Notes under the pieces: generated by a model
Database searches by the model: none
What the model saw: only the letters and a program-made list of their open reading frames with translations
What the model was told of the DNA's origin: nothing
Assembly (NCBI GenBank): GCA_951406725.2
Contig: OX597826.1
Coordinates: 57,908,001-57,972,000, forward strand
Length of the DNA stretch: 64,000 nt
Direction of reading: 5' to 3'
From: Octopus vulgaris
Taxonomy: Eukaryota
Made by a program: the position numbers and the translations under genes
Part shown: positions 12,875 through 24,945 of the stretch, in pieces
Position numbering within the stretch: the first letter of the stretch is position 1
Layout: each line of letters starts with the position of its first letter

Positions 12875-13180
12875 TCATCATCATCATCATCATCTTCGTT
12901 TAGCGTCTGCTTTCCATGCTAGCATGGGTTGGACGGTTCAACTGGGGTCTGGGAAGCCAGAAGGCTGCACCAGGCCCAGTCTGATCTGGCAATGTTTCTA
13001 CAGCTGGATGCCCTTCCTAATGCCAACCACTTCGTGGGTGTAGTGGGTGCTTTTTACGTGCCACCGGCACTGGTGCCAGACAAGGCTGGCAAACGGCCAT
13101 GATCGGATGGTGCTTTTTACGTGCCACCGGCACAGAGGCCAGGCAAGGCTGGCAATGGCCACAATCGGATGGTGCTTTTT
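12875..13180 (-). mobile_element. Retroposon family C
   Basis: Reverse complement of 5349-5664. Confidence 0.8.
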
Positions 13181-13199
13181 TATGGTATATTAACTATTA

Positions 13200-13305
13200 G
13201 CCAAATCAGACTGGAGCCTGGTGCAGCCTTCTGGCTTCCCAGACCCCGGTTGAACCGTCCAACCCATTCTAGCATGGAAAACGGACGTTAAACGATGATG
13301 ATGAT
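13200..13305 (+). mobile_element. Retroposon family C, short 3' fragment inverted relative to its neighbour
   Basis: Matches the last ~105 bp of family C and ends in (GAT)n. Confidence 0.8.
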
Positions 13306-14238
13306 ATGTGATGTAATGTATAGCAAATAGCAAGCAAGAATTATTACAGAACGTTTGCAATCATTTCGTCAAAAAGCCATAGAGTGAGACATGGATTAAA
13401 AATAAGCAATCTCACCACTCTAGGGAATTTTGTTATGAACAAGGGGCGTGTGTGAGAACTGTGACACATTCTAAAGATGTCAAACAGTCCACACCCATGG
13501 CAAGTTATGTTCCATCAATGACAAACTAAAAAATTCTACTTCACATAAACAATGTGAACAAATTAAGGAAAACAAACAAACATATTCTGTGTACATGAGA
13601 ATGAATGCTTTACAGAGTAAAGACATGATTCAAATGAAACTTCAGAAGTCATCTATTGAAAGATATTTGAGAAATTATAAAGCATTTGTTACTTAGTCAT
13701 TTTGAAATTAGTGGAATTTAGACATCATGCATAAATGAATATTTCTGTATATTTGCAATTTACTTGATTACATGTGGCAAAATTTGTGGAAAATTTGTGG
13801 ACCAGATTGTTGATTATCAAATTTTAATTACACCAGCATACTTTTTCATTCTAGAATTTCGAATCAAAAGAATATAAAGAACCCAGATATTTAAAAGCCT
13901 CGCCAACATTTTAATTTACTTAAGAAGAAAAAAAAAAATTAAAATTCAAAACATACTGTATATTTATGTATTTAGAAAATACGATTTCTAATTGACTTAT
14001 ACATGAAAGAAAAGCTATTCCAAAATCCTACACACACAGGAAATATTTTATTTCCAAATTACAATTACAAAATTATAGTTAATTCAAAACACATTGGAAG
14101 TTTCCCTTTATCGCTCTGCTTTCTCTCCCCCTCTTCCTCATAAATAAACAATCACATGAAGTTCAGTAATGTATGTTACATTACTTTTTAGCTATGGCAA
14201 ACTCTCCAAAGACTTCACCAATCCTGCCTCACAGCAAT

Positions 14239-14274
<36 letters not shown>

Positions 14275-14599
14275 ACGGTGTGAAAATGAATTAATAGCAA
14301 AAAATCATCCACTAAAAAAAAATAAAACAAAAAAATAACAATGTCAGCAAAGAGTAATGGGTAAGTATTTTAACTCGATGTGCCAGAAGTGGGATTAAAT
14401 TGCTATGCTGCAAATGAAGGCTGTTGACTAATTATCACTGAAACAGCATTGAACAGGAGTGTACTGGAAATATATTATATAGCACACTACACACAAACAG
14501 CAGTTGAGGCTGGAATTGCCAATACTAGCAGTGTAACATACATGATGCAGAGGGCATTAGAAAACATAAGTAAAAATAATTGCGTTGTAATATTAGTCC

Positions 14600-14945
14600 T
14601 CGTCATTGTCATTTAACATCTCTGTTCCATGCTGGCATAGGTTGGATAGTTTGACAAGATCCAGTGGGCCCAAGTACTGCATTGTGTTCAAGTGTTTGTT
14701 TGACAAAGTTTCTGTGGCTAGACGCCCTTCCTAATATTGATTTCAAATTTTGGCACAAAGCCAACAAGTCGAAGGGAGAGGGATGAATCAATTACATCAA
14801 CCCCAGCGCTCAACTGGAGCTTATTTTATCAAGGATGAAAGGATGAAAGGCAAAGTTAACCACAGTGGAATTTGAACCCGGAATGTAAGACAGATGGATT
14901 GCCGTTAAGTATTTTGTCCAGCATGCTAATGATTCCGTCACCTAA
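14600..14945 (-). mobile_element. Old family C fragment plus old SINE B-like copy
   Basis: CATTTAACATCTCTGTTCCATGCTGGC and GGATGAAAGGCAAAGTTAAC...GGAATTTGAAC matches, both diverged. Confidence 0.6.
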
Positions 14946-15119
14946 CCACCTTAATTCCCTTCTTGATATCAACCACTTTATAGTATGTACTGGGTACTTT
15001 TTTTGTACCACAAGCACCAGTGAGGAAAACCGACGTTATATGATGCTGAAGATGATGATGATGAGAATGTTAATTTTTTTTAAAGCGTGTAAGACATTAT
15101 AAGAGTGTATGTAGTGTGA

Positions 15120-15488
15120 GAATATATGAGAAAGAAAGAAAGAAAGAAAGAGAGCGGTTGACAGAGAGATGGAGAGGGTGAGAGAAAGAGAGGGGAGCTT
15201 GTGATGGCGAAAGAGAGAAAGAGCTTGAAGGAGGGGAAAGAGAAATAGAGCGTTTGGTTGAGAGTGGGAGAGAGAACTTATGACAGTAAGAGACAGAGAG
15301 CTTGTGACGGAAAGAGGGGGAGGAAGAAAGAGGTTCTAACGGTGAGAGAGAGAGAGGGGGGAAGAGAGAACAGTTGAGAGAGAGAGAGGGAACTAGAAAC
15401 AGTGAGAGGGTGTTAATGATGGTGAGAGAGAACGCGTGACTTAGAGGGTGCAAGTGACAGTGTGAAAGAGAGAAAGAAAGAAAGGGAG

Positions 15489-15519
<31 letters not shown>

Positions 15520-15724
15520 ACGAAAGAAAGGGAGAGAAAGAAAGAAAGGGAGAGAAAGAAAGAAAGGGAGAGAAAGAAAAAAGGGAGAGAAAGAAAAAAG
15601 GGAGAGAAAGAAAAAGGGAGAGAAAGAAAGAAACTAAGAAAAAAAGGAGAGTAAGAAAGAAAGGGAGAGAAAGAACGAAAGAAAGAAAAAAGGGAGAGAA
15701 AGAAAGTAAGAAAGAAAGGGAGAG

Positions 15725-15767
<43 letters not shown>

Positions 15768-15846
15768 ACGAAAGAAAGGGAGAGAAAGAAAGAAAGGGAG
15801 GGAAAGAAAGAAAGGGAGAGAAAGAAAAAAGGGAGAGAAAGAAAGT

Positions 15847-15905
<59 letters not shown>

Positions 15906-16087
15906 GGAGAGAAAGAAAGAAAGGGTGAGAAAGAACGAAAGAAAGAAAAGGAGAGAGAAAGAAAGAAAGGGAGAGAGAAGGAAACAAAGAATGAGAGGAA
16001 AAGATAAAGAAACTGAGAGAAGGAAAGAAAAAGAAACAGAGGGAAGTAGAGAGAGAGAGAGGGGGAGAGAGAAAGAGAAAGAGAAAG
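15120..16087. repeat. ~1-kb polypurine (GAAA)n / (GA)n tract with 18-bp higher-order units
   Basis: Almost pure A/G on the + strand, with recurring GAAAGAAAGAAAGGGAGA units. Confidence 0.95.
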
Positions 16088-16820
16088 CATCTCTTTCTCT
16101 TTCATCGTGTGGAGCGGTGATAGCTTTTGCATGTCTTCGTTTGTGTGCGCTGTTTTAATATGAGTGCGTGCGCATTCATCCGACTGCGCGCTTCTGTGTT
16201 CGTTGGTGGATGTGTAAAGTTTCGTCCATTTGCAAAGGGGGGGGAGGAAGCAAGGAGATATAGTGCGTCATGCATGTGTGCACATGAAATTTTGTATGCA
16301 CACCTCTGCATTTGTACATTTGCGCATGCGTATATATTTAAAACAATATATATATATATATATATAAAGACTATTTACTTTTCGTCTGTGTGAACAACTT
16401 TTTTCATGTGCATATTTTCATATCCGCAAAAGAGCGCATTCGTCTCCGCTTCAGTGCATATATTCGTAAACACACGATCGAGTTGCTATTTAGCCCCAGG
16501 TCAAACCCTAATCAAGTAGGCTTATTACTGAAAATCATTCCAATTGCGGCATTTTCATCTGCTTGGGGAAGTCGTAATCAAAAGGCTCACCACAGCATAC
16601 AAATGTACCGCAGGTCTTTTAGAATACAGGGTGGACTTAAAACCAGGTACTATTTTAATAAAAATGGTTCAATTTATATGTTTTTTCTTTTGCAACACCT
16701 TAGGATGAATACAGAAGACTATGCAGCAATTATTGCCAGGGGAATCCAAAGAAGTACAAGGAAATCAGAACTAGTTTGGATAGGAAATCTAACAAAGCAG
16801 GACCAACAAATAAGACGGTA

Positions 16821-17947
16821 GAATTCTGGTTTGAGCACCCAATATGACCCCTCATGACTTTTGTATTTTTTTAGAATTTTCTGAAAACGTTTGCGCATTT
16901 GTGTTTTACACGCGCGAATTCATACGATTATACAAAAAAAAAATTGTGTGATTTAAAGGGGATTTAGCTGCTATCTTTAGCACACTCACGACCGTCTGAT
17001 ACCTTACTCTTTCTTTATTACTCTGACATGATAAGCTGGCATAATCGTTAGCACGCCGGGCGAAATGCTTAGCGGTATTTCGTCTGTCGTTACGTTCTGA
17101 GTTCAAATTCCGCCGAGGTTGACTTTGCCTTTCATCCTTTCGGGGTCGATAAATTAAGTACCAGTTACGCACTGGGGTCGATGTAATCGACTTAATACCT
17201 ACGTCTGTCCTTGTTTGTCCCCTCTGTGTTTAGCCCCTTGTGGGTAATAAAGAAATAGGTATTTCGTCCGTAGCTACGTTCTGAGTTCAAATTCCGCCGA
17301 GGTTGACTTCGCCTCTCATCCTTTCGGGGGTCGATAAATAAAGTACCAGTTACGCACTGGGGTCGATGTAATCGACTTAATACCTATGTCTGTCCTTGTT
17401 TGTCCCCTCTATGTTTAGCCCCTTGTGGGCAATAAAGATATATAATCGTTAGCACGCCGGGCAAAATCCTTACTCGCATTTCGTCCGTCTGCACGTTCTG
17501 AATTCAAATTCTGCCGTGGTCGACTTTGCTTTTCATTCTTTAGGAGTCGATAAAATAAGTATCGGTTGAGTACTGAGGTTGATATAATCGACTTAACACA
17601 TCCCCGAAATTGCTAGCCTTGCATTAAAATTTGGAGCCAATATTTTTCTTTCCACAAACACTTTAAATGGAATTATGATGCATACAAAGGTGGGCCATTG
17701 CTGGTATTTAAACCAAAATTCGGACTCTGTATTCTAAACTCTGATTTAAAAAGAAAAAATTCGATAAAGAGTGGAATTTTACGATGTAAGGGGACGCGGA
17801 GGGGTTTAAAAAATCAAAAAACATTATTTTTTCTTTTCATAATCGTACGAACTCCGTGTGTAGAACACAAATTCGTCAAAGTTTTCTGAAAATTCCCCAA
17901 AATAAAAAAGTTAAGGTGTGTTATATCGGGTGCTTAAACCAGAATTC
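16821..17947. mobile_element. Non-autonomous DNA transposon with ~125-bp diverged TIRs, hosting nested SINEs
   Basis: GAATTCTGGTTTGAGCACCCAATAT... (16821-16945) is the imperfect reverse complement of ...ATATCGGGTGCTTAAACCAGAATTC (17820-17947). No clear TSD. Confidence 0.7.
17034..17640 (+). mobile_element. Head-to-tail trimer of SINE family B
   Basis: Three consecutive cores starting at about 17034, 17258 and 17442. The third has a different, older tail. Confidence 0.85.
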
Positions 17948-18224
17948 CTCCAATGAGACAATACGTAAACGAGTCAACAAATTTAAACGAACTGGTTCCA
18001 GTTACGTAGTGTAGGTTTTACTCCCGCCCTTAGCCGATCCTTTCCTTAAATTAAACACACCTACGGCAACAGCAAACACACATATATAAAGTAGCCAGCA
18101 CACTCCCTTCTAAACTAGAGGCTGGTTTTGTACATGACGAAAGAAGTAAAACCTCAAGTATATCACAAAATTACGTGAATGCTTTGAGTAAAATCATTAA
18201 TGAAAAGCCGAACGAATTGATCCC

Positions 18225-18525
18225 AGCACTTATTTTCTTTATAAGCCCGCTTCTTATTCTATCGTTCACTTTGACCGAACCGTGGGGACGTAAACACACT
18301 AACACGGGTTGTCAAGCGGTGGTGCAGGACAAACACAAAGACACAATATATATGTGCGTGCGTGTGTGTGTGAACGACGGGCTTCTTTCCGTTTCCGTCA
18401 ACAAATCCACTCATAAGGCATTGGTCGGCCAGAGGCTATACGTAGGAGACACTTGACCAAGATGTCACGTAGTGGGATGAAGCAAGAAACGTGGTTGAGA
18501 AACAAACTTCTTACCACGCCCGCCA
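18225..18525 (-). mobile_element. Old SINE family A copy
   Basis: GGGGACGTAAACAC...GGTTGTCAAGCGG...CAAATCCACTCA match, diverged. Confidence 0.7.
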
Positions 18526-19349
18526 CGGCAGCTGTTTTTCGATGTGTTGAACGTACCACTCCTCCCCTATCTTTTTCACGTATCATTTTTAGAATACCCT
18601 GATCCACACCCAAGTCGCTGTCCTTTCCGATTTGATGCCCGTTACTCATTTCCTCGTTTTCCACTTTCACCTTCATATTCATTTTATATCACACCTCTTC
18701 GTTTCCCCTCCCCTGTCACATCGTTCCTGCGTTATAATTCCCTCTTCAGTCACAGCCTACAATTTTTTTTTTCCTCTGATCACCCTTGAATTGCAAGAGC
18801 CTGAACCATAAGACTTTCTACAACTCACAATAAACCCCTGGTCTTTTTCAGAAGCACGAAATATTTCATCCGCGCCAAACACTAATCCTATACGAAAACC
18901 AGTTGAGAACCACTATAAAACACTGCTTCTACATTTGGAACAGTGCTGCAACTAGAAGTATAGGTATCTTAGATGGCGTTAAAAAGACCACCGAAGTGAT
19001 AGATATGTACTACTATAAGTAGCCTCTGCTATTCAGAGCTGATCGATCTCGTTTTACCCTGCTTATTCATCTCTCTCTCGTTACTCATATCATGTACGTG
19101 AACCTCTAACTCCACACTAACCACTTATATAGTCTTTCCTTCTCAGAAGGACAGTCCTCCGGGTAGTGGCGGCTCGTGGCTAAAATTAGTTGGGGGTGCT
19201 GCTTCAGAAAAATTTTAGCCATTGTTTTAATATTGTGTAAAACGAAACACACATATTTAAAAGAAAATTTACACGTAAACTTGATAAAATCCTAAACGAA
19301 AAAATTGCTTTTTCTTATCAATAAATTGTTTCAAGCTTGATCCATTCAT

Positions 19350-20470
19350 TTAAAAATGAAATCCACTCTTCTCGTTTTACTTTGAGCGAAGGGGGTAATA
19401 ATTTTCTCCTTGAACCTTGGATGACTATTGAAGAAATTTTTCTCTATTGAAAACACTGCAAGTGCATTTAGTCTTTCAGGATTCATAGTGCTCCTTATAA
19501 AGGCTTTTATTCTTTTCAGTGTTCTGCCTCTGATGTAGTCATGGGAACTGTCAAGAGGATTTTTATCAATTTCGTAATTTCACTAAGGACATCATCTAAA
19601 TTGTTTTCCAAGATAAATTTCAGCAGCTCAATTAATTTGCAATATTCATGCATATCGGATCTGCAATAGAATATTTTCAGTTCAGTTTCAAGCTTCTCTT
19701 TGTCAATAATGGGATATGTTTTAGTGGTCAGTGCTATCTCTTTCGTAGACAGTTCATTCTTAAAATTAGTGAAGCTTTTTTTGTTGAATAATTTAGCAGC
19801 TATTAAGTGTTTAGTGGAAGAATATCTATCCATTATATCAACACATATGCAGGCACACACTTCCTTTGTTTCTGCCATGAGTGTCTTTGAAGGATTCTCA
19901 TAGTACTACTTCGAGTTTCTTATTTCCAAAATATCAGTTTTGAAATCTGTTATTCATTGACTTTAAACATGCTAATTTCTCGAGATTGCACTTGGTTGTA
20001 AATTACTTCAGCATGAGGTATAATCTGATGAAAAAGCTCTAACCATGAAATTATCATCATTCAAGTATTTCAAAATTCCTGTTACTTCTGCTGTGGTCTA
20101 ACCTGGATTCGATATTGAAGGCAGCTTTTTAAAGGTTGCAAATTTTCATGAACTCTGTTCAGGGTCCGTACGTTAAAGTTCCACCTTGTAGAGGATGGGC
20201 GTGGAATGTTGACGTTCATATGCTTCTTTAGAATGGATACACGTTATGGTGATCTTGAGAAGAATGTTGGAATAGCCAAAATTTCAAAGAAAAATATTCT
20301 TGCGTTCTGTGTAATACTTGCTGCATTACTTACAATTAAATTAAGTTGATGGGCATAACAGTGAATGAAATGTGCATTACTATAAACTGTTTCTATGTTT
20401 GCTTTTTTGCTTTTCATGACATTGCACCATGAAATGTCTGAACTATCAGATTTTGTTCATTTCCTTGAAG
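19350..20470 (-). pseudogene. hAT transposase pseudogene
   Basis: AHFIHCYAHQLNL (CxxH motif, ~20336-20375), IPRPSSTRWN (~20178-20207), and ORF 19516-19878 ending LLTVPMTTSEAE followed by KRIKAFIRSTM..ERLNALA (dimerisation domain). Frameshifted. Confidence 0.88.
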
Positions 20471-20475
20471 GATTA

Positions 20476-20721
20476 CCGTATTTGACGGCATATTAGACGC
20501 ACTGGCATATTAGACGCACCCTCATTTCAGCAGGTCAAATTCAGGAAAAAAAAGTTTTAAATGTATTTAAGCATATATTGTTGAAAGCAGTCTAGCAGCA
20601 CATTACAAAAGCAGAAAACATTGCTGTATAAAAGCAAGCATACAAAAGGAAAGCATACAAATTACAATAGTAATCATCTTTAATCATCTTTTTAACCATT
20701 CGTATTTTAAAGTAATAATAC

Positions 20722-20784
<63 letters not shown>

Positions 20785-21021
20785 TAATAATGATAATAAT
20801 AATAATAATAATAATACTAGCAATAAAATAATGATGCATGAGTACGGAAAATATCATTAAGGCGTTAGCGTAGGTAGAAATACTTATCGTAAGCTAGGTT
20901 AGTGAGCGTCTGGGAGAAGATTAGCCTACGGGAGGGTCTTGACTTCGCATATTAGACGCAGGGCGATTTTTTGAACCAATTTTTTTGGAAAAAAGTGCGT
21001 CCTATATGCCGTCAAATACGG
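20476..21021. mobile_element. Tc1/mariner (pogo/Tc2-like) MITE nested in the hAT transposase
   Basis: TA|CCGTATTTGACGGCATATTAGACGCAC ... GTGCGTCCTATATGCCGTCAAATACGG|TA. Contains an (AAT)n run; hAT sequence resumes across the TA. Confidence 0.9.
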
Positions 21022-23030
21022 TATTTCTAATTGTTCTAGACTACGTTTTGATATGCCACCTGCAATCTGATTTTTTGGAATACAGGAATTTTGTAATTTT
21101 TCATGAACGAGAGTATGGCTACTGATATTAAGCTCAAGGATTATATAATGTACAAGTATAAAGAAAGAATTAAAAAAAAAAAAGACTCATTATATTGAAT
21201 GTTATCGATAATATTGAATGAAAATAGGGGATGCTGCAGTTTCGCAGTGCCATTACACAAGCCGCCACTGCCTCCGACTTTCTTTCACTTCTCAAGCAGC
21301 CTGTCGAGATTACAGCCAGTCAATAAAAACATCAGTCATGTTGATCTCACCGGTTTCTGAATGATGGCAAATGACATAAGTACAGTTCCTTCCACAAAAA
21401 ATAAAATAAAATTATCGACAGTCTATAAAGTTTATCCATAAGTTGTTGTCACGGATGTGAATTATGCAGAGAAATGGATTTGATAAAGCTAGCTTAAGAA
21501 TCGGCAGTTGGAATCCGTTGTAGCTCTAGCTAACATATTTAATTCTCGACGACTCAGTTCATAAAGGTATAAAAGTGTGGAATGATTCAATACTTATAAG
21601 CAACACTGTATATATAACTATCGAATGTTTCGAAAACTCGGGGGTGCTGATATTGTGTTCTCCACTGTACTCTGGGGTGGATTCGAAAGTGCACACGCGT
21701 GCCTGTGTTTATATGAGTGTTGTATAGACTGGTTTATCCTTAAAGCAGAAGATATAGAATGCTTAATGGAAACGTCGACACTGCACGCATAAACACACAC
21801 AACCGTGCACCCTGAATAGAAACAAAGATTTAAGTTTACATAGACACACACATAGCGTAGCTTTCTCAGCTGAAGCCCGCTGGAAACCCTACATTGTTAA
21901 AACAAATATCGTGTCCGTAAAAACAAAGTATGGTGGGAGAAGCGATAATAACATGAAATGGTTTATTTTCCCTGTTAATTACATGCTAAGAAGGTTATGG
22001 TCCGCGCGACGAGAGAGCCAAGGCTGCCTGCTACGCGTAATAAACCCCCCACATGCTCATCCTGTATTAATCTAAAAAAGAATAAAATAAAAACTGAAGA
22101 CTAACATAAAACCTGAAAAACATAGAAAGGGATGGAATAAGTGAAGGAAAGAAAACGGAAAAAAGATAATTATGATGGATAGAACAGAGAATGAGAACGA
22201 AAGATTAAATTATTCATTTATTTTCCAAACAAGTGTAAAAGAATGTAAAATTGATACTTTCTGTAATAATTAATGTTTTCTTAATGACTAAGGAAAACAA
22301 ACATTAACTACAACCCATGATACAGAATCAAATACTTCTGAAATGTTGGCAGTGACTACGAAGTTTCGCCGCGGAATATTATCAAACTATCTTTATATAA
22401 TCAATCGATTCATTTTTCAAGTTCTCTGTGAAGGATTTATCATATAAACGATATAGCCATTCTTAGTTATTTTATTTCTCCCATAGAATGTTGATGTTCC
22501 GATATTAAAGAAGAGTGAGATTCGTTAGAGAATACAAATGTAATAAAAACATTCGTGATGTTCCAGTGGTAGGGTGGAGGGAAGAACCTTCCAGCATACC
22601 CATCTAGTTCAGTGTTCAACGCGAGAGAGGGAGATACAATACAAGAAAGGAATAAACAGGATCAAGACAGACAACTATAAAGATAGGGAGCAAAATGTTT
22701 GTTAAAAGCCCAACACACACAGAGACACAGAAGGAGACACTATGTTCTAAGATCAATATTAATAGGAGAGAAAGAAAGAGCGTGAGGGTTTTCAAAACTC
22801 AACAATGACAGATAACAGCAATGTCAAAAACGAATATGAATTTCTTTGACGAAGTATAAGGCTACAGGTAAGAAGAGAACATGGAAGTTGTGAGGCTCAT
22901 GCCGAATCAGAGTTGTTTCATCGAGAATGAAACTTAATAGTACTAGCAATAATAAATTCAGAATTGACCCGAGTGTAACGGAATATCCAAGTAGAGTCAC
23001 GGAGCAAAGACAAAAACAAGTCAACAAGCA

Positions 23031-23188
23031 GGAGTGGCTGTGTGGTAAGTAGCTTGCTTACCAACCACATGGTTCCGGGTTCAGTCCACTGCGTGGCATC
23101 TTGGGCAAGTGTCTTCTACTATAGCCTCGGGCCGACCAAAGCCTTGTGAGTGGATTTGGTAGACGGAAACTGAAAGAAGCCTGTCGTA

Positions 23189-23267
<79 letters not shown>

Positions 23268-23488
23268 ATATGTCTATGTGTCTGTGTTTGTCCCCCTAGC
23301 ATTGCTTGACAACCGATGCTGGTGTGTTTACGTCCCCGTCACTTAGCGGTTCGGCAAAAGAGACCGATAGAATAAGTACTGGGCTTACAAAAGAATAAGC
23401 CCCGGGGTCGAGTTGCTCGACTAAAGGCGGTGCTCCAGCATGGCCGCAGTCAAATGACTGAAACAAGTAAAAGAGTAAAAGAGAGAGT
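23031..23488 (+). mobile_element. SINE family A with ~68-bp flanking direct repeats
   Basis: Full-length copy. 22963-23030 is repeated at 23489-23557. Confidence 0.92.
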
Positions 23489-24252
23489 ATTGACCCGAGT
23501 GTAACGGAATATCCAAGTAGAGTCACGGAGCAAAGACAAGAACCAAGTCAACAAGCAACGAATTTTTTTTGTTTTTGTTTTTCGTTGTTTTTCCCCCATC
23601 AAAAACAAATGCACCTCACTGCTTCATATGTTTACTTAACCCTTCCTTTCCTAACAGCGTCGTTTATTTTGAGCTTATACTATTTATTCGTTACCCTACT
23701 GTTTTTATTTACCTTGTTTTTCTTGTTGCTCTAATATTTCAATGCGATAATCTTTTCACTATTTAGAAAATAGGAGGGAAGATGTGAAATTGTGAATTTC
23801 ACAGGTCTTCGAAGAGTATTAGTGTGTGAAACATGGATGTTAAATACTGAGGTACAAGGATCAAATGAGACTTTGGAAAAAAATCACCGAGTCAATTATA
23901 ATGGATGAAACAATGATGACAGTCAGGGTCGAAGGCAGTTCCACGGAGCTTTAAATGTGGCCTGAAGGGCCACATTAGAGCAGACTTCACTACAAAGACA
24001 AAAAAAAAAAGCAGAAGAGAAACAACCAAACAATATAGAGGAGGAAAAAGAAGAGAAACCAGAGAGTCCCAGAAAGGAGGTGGAAGTAGCAGAAACAGAG
24101 GATAAATGGGAAAAGGCCAAGGAATGATGAATCTGCCCACAAGATGGCAGAAGATACTGTAAACTAAACGGCAATTATATCACTGATTGGATAAAATACT
24201 GTTTTATTTTACCTTTATAAGAAAAAAAAAATGATCGTTTTGGCCAGCTCAG

Positions 24253-24677
24253 GGATCTTTTCGGTTTGAACGGCAGCTTTTTCTAGCGGCGTCATATAAA
24301 ATTATCACCCATAATTATGACCCTAGTATCGATCTATTGCATTTCAATGTGTTTTAGGGTTAGGGTTAGGTTTAGGGGTGGGGAGAAGGGTATCTTTTTT
24401 TCTTCAGAAATGTAAATAAACCCAATCTGTTCCTTAAACGATGGACATATTCATACGGCACAGAATGTTTTCACCTCAATAGACGTCATTGATTGGTTGA
24501 AATTGCAGAAATTGAAGAAAAAACAACAACAAATATCTTACAAATTATAGAATTTTCTCAATAAAGCCAAGAGAAAAAGATGTTTTATAAACACATTCTA
24601 CCAGTATACGAAGTTTAAAAGTGTTTAGTTACGTGGAAATTATTTTATAAAAACTGCCGTTCAAACCGAAAAGATCC
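24253..24677. mobile_element. MITE with GG...CC termini and 8-bp TSD (Merlin-like), internal TTAGGG-like repeats
   Basis: TIR GGATCTTTTCGGTTTGAACGGCAG / CTGCCGTTCAAACCGAAAAGATCC. TSD CAGCTCAG at 24245-24252 and 24678-24685. Confidence 0.88.
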
Positions 24678-24945
24678 CAGCTCAGTATTTAAGAAGTACA
24701 TATTTTATATAAGAATAATTTTTATTGCCAGTAACATTACCCCTATTATTAATTACCTCATCATCTAATTTGTTGATTGCTTTTTTTTTTCTTCAATAAT
24801 GGAAGTCTAAAATAAAGTTTGAAGTTATAACAAGACGCCTTATATAACCATGCAGACAATTAACAAGGATTAATTAATGTTTGAAGAGGCGACAAAATTA
24901 AGCACAAATTTCGATTTGATTTGGGTAATTTGACTCTAACTTAAT

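Larger units (their letters stand above)
19164..21270 (-). mobile_element. hAT DNA transposon (ZMYM1-like / Tip100-type transposase), decayed and internally deleted
   Basis: TIRs (T/C)AGTGGCGGCT(C/T)GTG at both ends. Imperfect 8-bp TSD CCTCCGGG (19156-19163) / CCTCCGAC (21271-21278). Confidence 0.88.

Noticed and set aside
15413-16158. Long ORFs of 239, 128 and 117 aa
   Set aside because: They are translations of the (GAAA)n tract.
19516-19878. ZMYM1 host gene
   Set aside because: It lies inside a TIR/TSD-bounded hAT element with frameshifts on both sides.
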